Origin: Pseudomonadota bacterium
Lineage (GTDB): Bacteria; Pseudomonadota; Alphaproteobacteria; Sphingomonadales; CAKZYD01
Length of the DNA stretch: 64,000 nucleotides
Reading direction: 5' to 3'
Assembly: GCA_049324415.1 (NCBI GenBank)
Contig: JBMOOS010000039.1
Location: 20,363-84,362, forward strand
The notes under the pieces were generated by a model. It was not told the origin of the DNA, did no database searches, and saw only the letters and a program-made list of their open reading frames with translations. Of this stretch, positions 44,641-53,180 are shown one piece after another; the first letter of the stretch is position 1; the number at the start of each line of letters is the position of its first letter. The translations under genes were made by a program, and so were the position numbers.

Positions 44641-45186
44641 ATGATCATGACAACCCCGCTGAAGAAATTGGCCGCACGCTCCCTCACGCACGCCCTGTCG
44701 GCCGCCTTGCTTGCTGGCTTTCTTGCACCCAATACAGCACGGGCGGGCGGCTGCATGACGGCAGACGAGGCCATGGCGGAAGAAGTGCGCCGCTTGCAAA
44801 CCACCTTGATGGTCGGCGCGCTCCAGTGCCGCAGTCAGCCTGCGCTGCGGACCGCCGAGATTTACAATCGTTTCGTCCAGCGCCATGGCGCGGCGATTGC
44901 CGCGCAGAACAGAATTTTCACCCGCTATTTTCAGCGCACCTATGGGGCCAATCACCAAAGCGCCATGGACAGTCATATCACCGTGCTGGCCAACACCGCT
45001 TCCCGCCTTGGCCATATGGATGGGAATTTTTGCGCCCGGGTCACTGCGCTGGGTGAAGCCACCTTGACCGCCAATGGTGGCCTTGCCGAGACCGCGCATA
45101 AAAACACGCTGGTGGCGGGTACGCTGAAAAGCTGCCTGCCGGCGCGGGCGCAAACGGTCGACAACCGCAGCAGCACGGCGCAATAA
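44641..45186 (+). CDS. hypothetical secreted protein (four Cys)
   Basis: Signal peptide (ALSAALLAGFLAPNTARA) and real-looking amino-acid composition. I recognise no family. Confidence 0.5.
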   Translation: MIMTTPLKKLAARSLTHALSAALLAGFLAPNTARAGGCMTADEAMAEEVRRLQTTLMVGALQCRSQPALRTAEIYNRFVQRHGAAIAAQNRIFTRYFQRTYGANHQSAMDSHITVLANTASRLGHMDGNFCARVTALGEATLTANGGLAETAHKNTLVAGTLKSCLPARAQTVDNRSSTAQ

Positions 45187-45404
45187 GGCAATCGGACACT
45201 TCCAAGAACTGAAAATTTTGCTGATCTGAGCAGGAGCCGTGAAGGCGAGCACCGCAGAATATAGGGACATATTTGAGGAGCGCAGCCGAGCGGCGAGGAA
45301 GTCAGAGCACAAAAGGGCGGTTCTTTAAGGTGTCCAATCGCTTTGGGACGCCGGCCGGGGCGCGGCCGCCTGGCTTTTCATCAAGTCATGCACTGAATCG
45401 CGAA

Positions 45405-45431
45405 GGGACGCCTGGATTTCCCAGGCGTCCC
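45405..45431 (-). terminator. stem-loop, probable terminator of the OmpA-family gene
   Basis: Perfect 11-bp stem GGGACGCCTGG / CCAGGCGTCCC with a 5-nt loop, 38 nt past the ompA-like stop. The U-tract is weak. Confidence 0.5.
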
Positions 45432-45468
45432 TCGATGTGCTCATTGGCCCGCGGTGGGCGCAAGGCGG

Positions 45469-46608
45469 CTATTGCACCGACGGAAAGGAAATTTCCACCC
45501 GACGGTTTTGCGGCTCGCGCACGCCATCCAAGGTTTCGATGAGTGGCTGGTTTTCGCCAAAGCCGCGGGTCGTTATCACGCTGGCCTCGACCCCGTTGCG
45601 GGCGAGCTCGGCTTGCACGGCGGCCGCCCGTTGCTCGGAAAGGCGCTGGTTATAGCTGGCGGCACCCGAACGGTCGGCATGGCCTTCCAAGAGGATGCGC
45701 GCCTGGCCCGTTTGGCGATAGGCATTGGCCGCATCACGGATGATGGCGGCCGCCTCGGGCGTGATATCCGCCACATCCCAATCGAAGAAGACGATGAAGG
45801 GACCCGGGATCGGGGGCGGCGGCGGAGGCGGTGGCGGAGGCGGCGGCGTCGGCTCCGGCTTTGGCTTGGCCGCGGGCGGCGGTGGGGGTGGTGGCGGCGT
45901 CGGCTCGGGTTGCGGCTTGGGGGCAACGCCGAATTTATAGCTCAGCCCGAACAGGAGGGAGTTGGAACGAAACCCTCCTTCCAGGGAGCGGCCCGTGACG
46001 TCGCGGAATCTGCCGCCATCGGTTTGGAAATGCCGGAACTTGGCGGTCAGGGAAAGCCGCTCGCTGAGGGTTTTACGCAAGCCCGCCAGAATCTGCCAGG
46101 CGAAGGCGTCGTCCTTGTCGTCGAGGAGAAGGCCCGCCGGCGCGGCAAGGCCCTTGTTGTTGACCCGGGCAAAACCGGCGCCAGCGCCGACAAAGCCGGA
46201 CACGCCGCCTTCGGACTGGGGTGTTTCGACAAGGCCGTTCAACATATAGGAAACGGCCCGCCGGTTGCCCCTCATGGGGTCGATGCTGTCAAGCGCGGAC
46301 ACGCCCAGGGCATTTACGAAAACGCTGTCGTTGAAAGCGTTGCCAGTATCGGCGCCGGCGCGCTGAAAGCCGACATCGCCTTCCAGACGAAAGCCGCCGA
46401 AGTCATAGCCAAGCTGGCCGCCGATGCTGTAGCCAAGCTTGCTCCGCACGCGAAGGACGTCGGTTTCGCTGGCATTTTCGAAATTTTGCGTGCCGACAAG
46501 ATTTGGCCCGCCGTCAACGCCTATGTACCAGCCCGTGCTCTCTTGTGCCTGCGCCGCACCGGCAAGGATGCTGGTGCCGAGCAAAGCGGCGAGAAATAGT
46601 CTCTGCAT
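45469..46608 (-). CDS. OmpA-family outer membrane protein (beta-barrel + Pro-rich hinge + OmpA_C)
   Basis: Signal peptide ..AGAAQA, N-terminal barrel strands, a poly-Pro hinge, and a C-terminal OmpA domain (LEGHADRSGAASYNQRLSEQRA, NRRVEI). Confidence 0.92.
   Translation of the reverse strand: MQRLFLAALLGTSILAGAAQAQESTGWYIGVDGGPNLVGTQNFENASETDVLRVRSKLGYSIGGQLGYDFGGFRLEGDVGFQRAGADTGNAFNDSVFVNALGVSALDSIDPMRGNRRAVSYMLNGLVETPQSEGGVSGFVGAGAGFARVNNKGLAAPAGLLLDDKDDAFAWQILAGLRKTLSERLSLTAKFRHFQTDGGRFRDVTGRSLEGGFRSNSLLFGLSYKFGVAPKPQPEPTPPPPPPPPAAKPKPEPTPPPPPPPPPPPPIPGPFIVFFDWDVADITPEAAAIIRDAANAYRQTGQARILLEGHADRSGAASYNQRLSEQRAAAVQAELARNGVEASVITTRGFGENQPLIETLDGVREPQNRRVEISFPSVQ
45799..45924 (-). repeat. 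coding tandem repeat (Pro-rich hinge, two ~50-bp units)
   Basis: KPQPEPTPPPPPPPP / KPKPEPTPPPPPPPPPPPP. The DNA units ggcggcgtcggctc(c/g)gg.t..ggcttgg occur twice within a long GGN/GGC run. Confidence 0.8.
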
Positions 46609-46783
46609 GTGAAATCCCCTTGTTAAAAACCAAGGATATAGGATCGCGGCACGGGCTTGTTGTCCTCACTCGCCGCAACGCCGCGTAAAACGCGGCGACC
46701 TGTCTCGTTATATCCGTGGCTCAACTAGGGGATGAAATATGGCGCGACCATGGAAAAGCCATGGCGAAAATGGAAAAGCCACC

Positions 46784-47284
46784 TCATGTTGCAATTATGC
46801 CATGGTTGCGCAAAGCCGCCAGAATAGCCGTGGTTGCGCTGCGTGCTTCATTATCGATGGTCGTCCCGCCGGTGGGGTTGGCGATGGCGGGCTGGCGCGC
46901 GGCGAGCACTTTAACGCCGCCAACGCGAATTTCAGAACCAATCAGCACTCCCGCCTGCCATTGGGCACCGTCGAAGCGGGCGGGCAAGGCCTCGTCCTTG
47001 AGCCAGGCGGTGGCGCCCTCTCGCGGGGCGAGGAAGCGCCAGCCGCCGCTAGCCCACAGGGCAAGCTCTCCGTCCTTGCCTGTCCACTCGCCCGTCCCCC
47101 CTGTGGCGACGATCCACACCGCGCCTTCAGGCGGCGTTGCGGGCGGCGTGGCGCTTAACCGGCTTTCCACCGCAGGGTGGATTAGCGCATCGAGCAGCAG
47201 CAAGGCTTCGTTATGGGTGACCTCCTTTTGCGCCTGATTGGTGGCGATCAGGGGCAGCAGCCAGCGTGCGGTGGCCTCGGACAT
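46784..47284 (-). CDS. DUF2793 domain-containing protein (GTA-cluster terminal gene)
   Basis: LP.I...QAQKEVTHNEAL..LDAL start and ..GEW.G....LA.W..GGWRF..P.EG... Typical partner downstream of the host-specificity gene. Confidence 0.8.
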   Translation of the reverse strand: MSEATARWLLPLIATNQAQKEVTHNEALLLLDALIHPAVESRLSATPPATPPEGAVWIVATGGTGEWTGKDGELALWASGGWRFLAPREGATAWLKDEALPARFDGAQWQAGVLIGSEIRVGGVKVLAARQPAIANPTGGTTIDNEARSATTAILAALRNHGIIAT

Positions 47285-47299
47285 GGTGAAAGCTCCTTA

Positions 47300-49549
47300 T
47301 CATAAAGCGATGGTCACTTGCGCCGGCAGGCCGCGCCCGACCTGCGCCGAACGCTGGTAAAGCCGCAAGCTGAGGGTTGCCGGCAAGCCGCCAAAATCGC
47401 TGAGCTGGTCGGCGGCGCTATAAAGTGCCTGGGGCGTGGTCGTGGCATAGCTGCGCGCCACGGTGGCGCCATTGAGGATTTCCAGGTCATAAGCCTCGCT
47501 TTCCTCGGCGAGGGGGGCATCGGCACCGTCGATCCAGGCGGCGCCGGCGCGGCTGCGCCGGATCCAGCTTATGCTGATGGCGCCATCGGCCTGGCGGCGG
47601 CCCCGCACATGCACCGGGGCAAGGGGGCGCAAATTGGCCGCAGTGAAAGTGAAGGGCGTCTCCCCTGCATTGATAAGAGCCTCGTTTGGCCCCACCGCCT
47701 TATAGCGACGCGTTTCGCCAACCTGCGCCAGTGTCGCGTTAATTGCGACAATGCTCGTGCGGTCCAAAAGGACGAAGCGCTCGCCCGCAAGATGGCCGGC
47801 GATCGCCGCCTCGCTGCCCCCCCGCCCCCGCAGCAATTGGGACAGGATATAGCTGCCGTCGGCTTGCAGAGCGGCATTGCGGAACTGGATGACTTCATCG
47901 CCGAGAAGCGCGGCGTTGGCGCCGCCAAGCACGGCTATTTGTGACCGCGATTCCAGCGTTGCCTGGGGATTGTCCAAGCCAACGCGCACTGTGTTTTGTA
48001 AGTCCCAGACATGAGGGGACGCTGGCGGCAGGGCGTCAAGGGCGGCACCCATGATGGCGGGCAGCGCGCTACGCGCCACGGGCTGATAGCTGAGGCCGCC
48101 ATCGCCCGATTCGAAAAGGCTGGCCGAGCGCCACGCATCATCATCGCCAGTGGCGGCGAAGTAAAAGCGCGGCATGCTCAGCTGCTCCGGGGTCAGCGCC
48201 GGCAGGTCGAAGAGGGTAAAGAAGGTTGGCCCCTGCAAGCGCAGGGTTTGACCGATCGGCGATCCGCCGTCGGCAAGCCCGGCGCCGGTCACCGCTTCCA
48301 AGTCAACAACGCGCCCGGCAAGGCGAACGCTGACGCCGTCATAGCGCTTGTCCTCGACCAGCATCAGCGGCGCCCCGCCCGGTGTCGCCGGCAGGCGAAT
48401 GACATCGCCCGGCTCGATGGCAAGATCGGTTGGCGGCAGCGAAAGGCTGTATCGTGCGCGCCCGCTCCAGGCCTTTTCCAATCGGCGCTCGGCCGCCGCC
48501 TTGGCCGTCGCTGCATCAAGGGCGACGGGGGCGCTGAACGCGCTCGCCCCCTCGCTCGCCGCCGTCCGCCGGCGGGCGCGCTGCACATTGGGCTGGTAGT
48601 CGCGGTCGGTGTCCCAGAAATAGACCCGGGTTTCTCGCGGCAGTTCTGATGCCTCGGCCTGCATACGCTCGATGCGCGGGCGCGGCGCGCCTTCCTCGCC
48701 AGCGCCAAGCCGTGCGGCATCGAAATCGATGGCGCCTTGTGGCATATCGCGCAAATAAAGCACGCCCTGGCTTTCCACCGCGGAAAAGTCGCGGGCGAGC
48801 GAGAGATTTTCCAGCGCATCGCGAAAGCCGGTGCCGCCATCGGTGACGAAGCCGGCGACGCTTCCTGTCAGGCCCCCGCCATCGACGGGCGCAAGCCCCA
48901 CGCGCCCGGCGATGTCCAGCGCCACCGCCGCAAGACCGGCATTGGGCTCGTCGGCCACCACTTCAAAATTGAGATTGGGCACGCGATTGGCGAACTCCGC
49001 CAGGGGCAAGTCCTCGAGGACGGCATAGGCAAGGCCGCGATGGGCCGGTACCTGCCCCACCCCTTGCGCGGCTTCGATCACCGGATCGGGCTGCTGTCCT
49101 TCCTCTCCGGCATAGACCCGCAGCGTGCCACCGACGCTCAGCGGACCACTGGCCGCACGGATGAGTTTGCCGTCGGCCCAGATCCGCTCAACGCGCGCGA
49201 TGGGGCGGCCAGAGAGCGCCACCGCCAGCGAAGCGCTGTAATTGAAGCGCACCGTGGTGGTGCCGCCTCCGCCCCCCTTGCCGCCGCTTCTTTCCTCGGA
49301 CCGGCTTTCGACGAGCCCGCTCGACCAGATGACGTTGCCCGCCACCCGGGCGCGGCCATAGATAAGGGGTATTGGCGCGCCATAGGACGCGCCCTGCACG
49401 CTGAGATCCTTCAGCCGCGGCCCTTCGCGCAGGCCGCCGCCGGGGCGAAAGATCTGGCGGTCGATGAAACTGCCGGCAACGGCGCCAACAAGGCTGCCGA
49501 CGGGGCCGGCGATGGCTTGACCGACAGCGGCGAGGACGAGCGTGGCCAT
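47300..49549 (-). CDS. phage tail/host-specificity protein (RcGTA g15 'megatron'-type, short form, 749 aa)
   Basis: The N-terminus MATLVLAAVGQAIAG...YGAPIPLIYGRARVAGNVIWSS...GGKGGGGG..V.F.YSASLAVAL..GPI..V.RIWADGK...AHRGLAYAVLEDLPL..F.NRVPNLNFEV matches the g15 N-domain. The C-terminal two-thirds are phage-tail_3-like. Start trimmed to MATLVL. Confidence 0.85.
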   Translation of the reverse strand: MATLVLAAVGQAIAGPVGSLVGAVAGSFIDRQIFRPGGGLREGPRLKDLSVQGASYGAPIPLIYGRARVAGNVIWSSGLVESRSEERSGGKGGGGGTTTVRFNYSASLAVALSGRPIARVERIWADGKLIRAASGPLSVGGTLRVYAGEEGQQPDPVIEAAQGVGQVPAHRGLAYAVLEDLPLAEFANRVPNLNFEVVADEPNAGLAAVALDIAGRVGLAPVDGGGLTGSVAGFVTDGGTGFRDALENLSLARDFSAVESQGVLYLRDMPQGAIDFDAARLGAGEEGAPRPRIERMQAEASELPRETRVYFWDTDRDYQPNVQRARRRTAASEGASAFSAPVALDAATAKAAAERRLEKAWSGRARYSLSLPPTDLAIEPGDVIRLPATPGGAPLMLVEDKRYDGVSVRLAGRVVDLEAVTGAGLADGGSPIGQTLRLQGPTFFTLFDLPALTPEQLSMPRFYFAATGDDDAWRSASLFESGDGGLSYQPVARSALPAIMGAALDALPPASPHVWDLQNTVRVGLDNPQATLESRSQIAVLGGANAALLGDEVIQFRNAALQADGSYILSQLLRGRGGSEAAIAGHLAGERFVLLDRTSIVAINATLAQVGETRRYKAVGPNEALINAGETPFTFTAANLRPLAPVHVRGRRQADGAISISWIRRSRAGAAWIDGADAPLAEESEAYDLEILNGATVARSYATTTPQALYSAADQLSDFGGLPATLSLRLYQRSAQVGRGLPAQVTIAL

Positions 49550-49959
49550 TAGGAAACCCCTGGGAAACGGTAGGCGCCGACAAGCCGCGCGCGCCACACG
49601 GGGTCAAGCCGGTGCTCGACCACGCGGCGCGCCAAGGCATAGGCGTGGATCATGCCCTTGTCGCTGGCGAGCGCCACATGCTGCGCCGGTCCATCGATGC
49701 GAAACAGCAAGACATCGCCGGGAAGCGCCGCCACCGGCGGGATCGGCGCCAGGCCGGCGGCGGCAAGATGGCGCTCCAACAGGCCGTGCGCCGGCTGGCG
49801 GCCATAGTCGCAAGGGTCGTCGGTCTGCAACCCCACGCCATGGGCGACATGGATGAGAAGGCCGACGCAATCGAGCCCCCGGCCCAATGCCCGGCCTTGA
49901 TGGCGAAAGGGCGTGCCCAAACACTGCCGGGCGGCGGCCACCAGATCATCGCGGGTCAT
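49549..49959 (-). CDS. NlpC/P60 family peptidase (RcGTA g14 type)
   Basis: GTPFRHQGR...GLDCVGL (catalytic Cys) and ...GD.L.F......HVA.. (His). Conserved position. Confidence 0.88.
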   Translation of the reverse strand: MTRDDLVAAARQCLGTPFRHQGRALGRGLDCVGLLIHVAHGVGLQTDDPCDYGRQPAHGLLERHLAAAGLAPIPPVAALPGDVLLFRIDGPAQHVALASDKGMIHAYALARRVVEHRLDPVWRARLVGAYRFPGVS

Positions 49960-50795
49960 TGCAAGCCTGGATAGTCGAGGAGCGAGTCAACGCCCGGCAC
50001 GAACGGTTCGCCACGAAAATTCTCGCCATTGGCGAATTTGTCGCGGCATGTGACAAAACGTTTGTCGCAGCCGGCTTCGACTTGAAACCGGTCGCCGATT
50101 TCGATCGGTGCGGCAAGGCTTCCCTGCAGCGCCAGCACGCCGGCGCTGTCGCTGCTCACGTCCATTTCCAAGCCGGCATTGCCGCCGCCAAGCCACAACA
50201 GCCGGCCATAGTGAAACCAGCCATCGGGAAAACCAAGGGCGCTGCGCATGCGTTTGGTCCCTTCCACCGCCGCCACCTGGCTCATCACCGTGAAGTCGCG
50301 CAAGGCGACGCGGCATTGCCGGTCGCCGAGGTCGGCGCGGCATTCGGGCGAGAAAACGGCGCCCACCGGCTGCTGCAGGGCTTGTTTGAGGCCGCGCATT
50401 TCGGCGGTGAAACGAGCGTCCTCGGCGCGTACTTCACCAAGGGTGCCGGTTTGCAGGACGATGCGCCCGGCCGGCGGGTCGGCCCAATTGACGAGGAACA
50501 CCGCAATACGCGCCAAGTCATAGCGCCCGGCAAGCAGGTCCGCCTCGCGGATGGCGCTGTCGGACAATACGCCTTCAATTTCCATATTATCGACGTTAAG
50601 GCCACTGCCGGCGGCGATCTGCGAAGGCAGGAAGGAGGGCGCCGGGCGATAGCGCGCGCCATCGATGACAAGCGTCTGATCGTGGGTGGTGAACCCAAGG
50701 CTGACGCCGTCCCGCCGGGTGACGCGCCAGCACAAGGCAAGGCTGGTCACCGGCGCGGCGAGATGCGCCGCCAGGGCGGGGGAAAGGCTGAGCAC
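49956..50795 (-). CDS. DUF2163 / BR0599-domain tail hub protein (RcGTA g13 type)
   Basis: T.LA.CWRVTRRDGV.LGFT.HD, SPEC.ADLGD..C, and C-terminal GCDKRF.TC..KF.N..NFRGEP.VPG. Confidence 0.88.
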   Translation of the reverse strand: MLSLSPALAAHLAAPVTSLALCWRVTRRDGVSLGFTTHDQTLVIDGARYRPAPSFLPSQIAAGSGLNVDNMEIEGVLSDSAIREADLLAGRYDLARIAVFLVNWADPPAGRIVLQTGTLGEVRAEDARFTAEMRGLKQALQQPVGAVFSPECRADLGDRQCRVALRDFTVMSQVAAVEGTKRMRSALGFPDGWFHYGRLLWLGGGNAGLEMDVSSDSAGVLALQGSLAAPIEIGDRFQVEAGCDKRFVTCRDKFANGENFRGEPFVPGVDSLLDYPGLQ

Positions 50796-50798
50796 GGC

Positions 50799-53153
50799 CT
50801 AAAGCCTGATCTCAACGAGGGGGATGGAAGGCACTTCCCCCGCCGCGAAGGTCTCGAAGCTGACTGCAAGGCTGTCCTCGGCGAAGCGCACGGGCACATC
50901 GAACTCGAAGCCGGCGGTGATCTGCGCGCCGCTGACCGGCGGATTTTCAAAATCGAGCACGCCGGTGGTGGTGTCGACGACCCAGCCGCTGGTCAGCTCG
51001 ACCCCATCGAGGGCGACGCGCACCGTTCCCGCCACCGGCTTCAAAATGGGGCGCACCACATCGGCGCCAAGGTCGCCATAATGCTTCACCAGTTGGAAGC
51101 TGGTGGCAAGGCCATCGCCCGCACCTAGCACTTGATCGCTCGCGCTGACCGAGGTGCCCACGCTGGCGGAGCTGAAATCGGCCCAGTCCTTGAAGCGAAA
51201 GCCGTGGGCGCGACCTTGGCGGGCGCGAAAAAAGGCGATGAGCTGGGCCAGGTCGGCCTCGCCGCGCAAGCCTCCGCCCACGTCATAGCGGGCACGCGCC
51301 TGCGCCCAATTGATATTGCGCTGTTCGGCGCCGGAGACCATCTCGCTCACCGTGGTGGAAAAGACAGGGCCGCCCGTGGCGCCGAAAGCGATATCGACGG
51401 GAAAGCGCACCTCGTGGAAGCCGGTCATATCGTCATCCTCCAGTTGGAAAAAAACAAAGCCGTCCCGGGCGACCTGCGGATAGGCCCAGACGAAGACCTC
51501 GGCAAAGCCGCGGGCGCGCCCATCCTCGATGGCGCGCGCGATGTTGCGCCACAGCGCACCATCGGCGGGGTCAAGGACGAAGCCGGCGAAATAATCGCTG
51601 TCCTGCGGGCTGTAGCCGAAACGCGCAGCGACTTGCGCAAGGCCCGCCGCATGGGCGCGCCAATCGCCAGCGATGACGTGGTCATAGTCTTCGACCTGCA
51701 GCCGGGTGAAGGCGGGAAATGACCAGCTTGCCGGCATGTTGACGCTGGCCAGCATGGGCGCGTCCGTGCGCAACACCTGCGGGGTGTAGACCAGAAGAAA
51801 GACCTTGGCGCCGGGATAGGCCCCCTGCACCGCATCGCGCAAGGCAAGGGTCGCCGCGCCCAGCTTCGTCCCGAGCCAATCGAGATAAGCCTGCTGCGCC
51901 GCATCTGGCGTTTCGGTGACGCTTTGATGGGCCGGCGGCACCGCCTGTCCCGTCTCCGCCGTATAAAGGGCGGTGGTGGTAGCGTCGTAAAAGCAGGGCT
52001 TGGCGCTAGCATCGGACGCAACCCACCACCAGGGCTCACCAATCTGCACCGCAGGGAGAAGGCCGGCGGCGGCCTGCACGCCGGTAAATTCCAGAAAGGC
52101 GTCGGCGAGATAATCCATGGCGGTGTCGTTGGTGGGCGTAAGGAGGGTGGAGGGCGGCTGCCAGCCGGTGAGCGCCGGGCTGGCGTCAAAGGCGCGCTGC
52201 TTCCAGCTTGCCGGCGCCCAAGCGTCGAAGAGCTCGAAGGAAAGCGAAAGGATGACCTCATAGCCCAAGGCGGCGGCGCGGGCGAAATAATCCTGATGCC
52301 ACGCCCGGCACGGGGCATTGAGGACGCTGCCATTGCCATCGCGGGCGGCGATGAAACGGCTCTCGCCGGCATCGAAGGCCAAGCGGAAATAATGGCTCAT
52401 CCCGGCATAATGGTCGAGCGCGCCTTGATAGCCGAGATGAAGGGCGTTGCGCAGCAGACGCTCAGGCGTCTGGTTGAATACATCGTCATAGCCATTGGCG
52501 AGGCGCAGCGGGTGCGGCGGGGTGAAGGCATCGCCAAGGCCGATGGTGCTCAGCGGCCCCTCGGCCGCCATCGCGCTGATTTCCACCCAGGCCTCGGCGG
52601 CGCCATTGGCGAGCGGGCCGGTGGCGACGCCATCAAAGTCGGGCGGCACCATGGAGATGAACATGCGGTCGATATCGCCCGGCCATAGCGGGTCGGCTTC
52701 TTGGGGAAGAAGAAAGCCGCCGTCCATTTGGCTGAAGTCAAGGGTGATGAGGGCGTCATCGGTGGCGCCGACGGCATAGTTCCAGAGCCGCACATACCAG
52801 GTGCGCGGCGCCCCGCTGGCGTCGCGGCCTTCGATGGTGAGGGTGGGGCCATTGACCTCGGCCAGGCCGCGGATGCCGCCGGCGCGCCAGCGGAAGCGCA
52901 AAACCGTGCCGCTATAGTCCCGCGCCGTTTCATAGCGCAAATGCGGCGGGTCGAGGGTATCGACGCTGTCCCAAATAAGCCCGGCAAGATTGTCGCGCTC
53001 GTAAAATGTCAAATCGACCCTGAGGGCGTCGCTCCCCTGGGTGATGACCGAGGCCATCATCGGGCGGGGGAAGTTGACGGTCCAGAAGCGGGGGTCGAAG
53101 CGCTTGATGAAGGTGCGCCTCAGCGCGTCTTCGGGGGCGGTGAGCCAATACAT
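50799..53153 (-). CDS. DUF2460 distal-tail protein (RcGTA g12 type) fused in frame to a ~575-aa N-terminal module of unknown (TIM-barrel-like?) function
   Basis: The C-terminal 209 aa (MTGFHEVRFPVDIAFGATGGP....RN.NW.....YDV..G......L..LIAFF.AR.GR.HGFRFKDW.D) are a complete DUF2460. The 575 upstream codons are in the same frame with no stop and have normal W/Y/F/D-rich composition. An internal GGAGG-N8-ATG lies at 51441-51426. Confidence 0.8.
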   Translation of the reverse strand: MYWLTAPEDALRRTFIKRFDPRFWTVNFPRPMMASVITQGSDALRVDLTFYERDNLAGLIWDSVDTLDPPHLRYETARDYSGTVLRFRWRAGGIRGLAEVNGPTLTIEGRDASGAPRTWYVRLWNYAVGATDDALITLDFSQMDGGFLLPQEADPLWPGDIDRMFISMVPPDFDGVATGPLANGAAEAWVEISAMAAEGPLSTIGLGDAFTPPHPLRLANGYDDVFNQTPERLLRNALHLGYQGALDHYAGMSHYFRLAFDAGESRFIAARDGNGSVLNAPCRAWHQDYFARAAALGYEVILSLSFELFDAWAPASWKQRAFDASPALTGWQPPSTLLTPTNDTAMDYLADAFLEFTGVQAAAGLLPAVQIGEPWWWVASDASAKPCFYDATTTALYTAETGQAVPPAHQSVTETPDAAQQAYLDWLGTKLGAATLALRDAVQGAYPGAKVFLLVYTPQVLRTDAPMLASVNMPASWSFPAFTRLQVEDYDHVIAGDWRAHAAGLAQVAARFGYSPQDSDYFAGFVLDPADGALWRNIARAIEDGRARGFAEVFVWAYPQVARDGFVFFQLEDDDMTGFHEVRFPVDIAFGATGGPVFSTTVSEMVSGAEQRNINWAQARARYDVGGGLRGEADLAQLIAFFRARQGRAHGFRFKDWADFSSASVGTSVSASDQVLGAGDGLATSFQLVKHYGDLGADVVRPILKPVAGTVRVALDGVELTSGWVVDTTTGVLDFENPPVSGAQITAGFEFDVPVRFAEDSLAVSFETFAAGEVPSIPLVEIRL

Positions 53154-53180
53154 GATGAAACCGTTGCGCTGTTGACGGTG

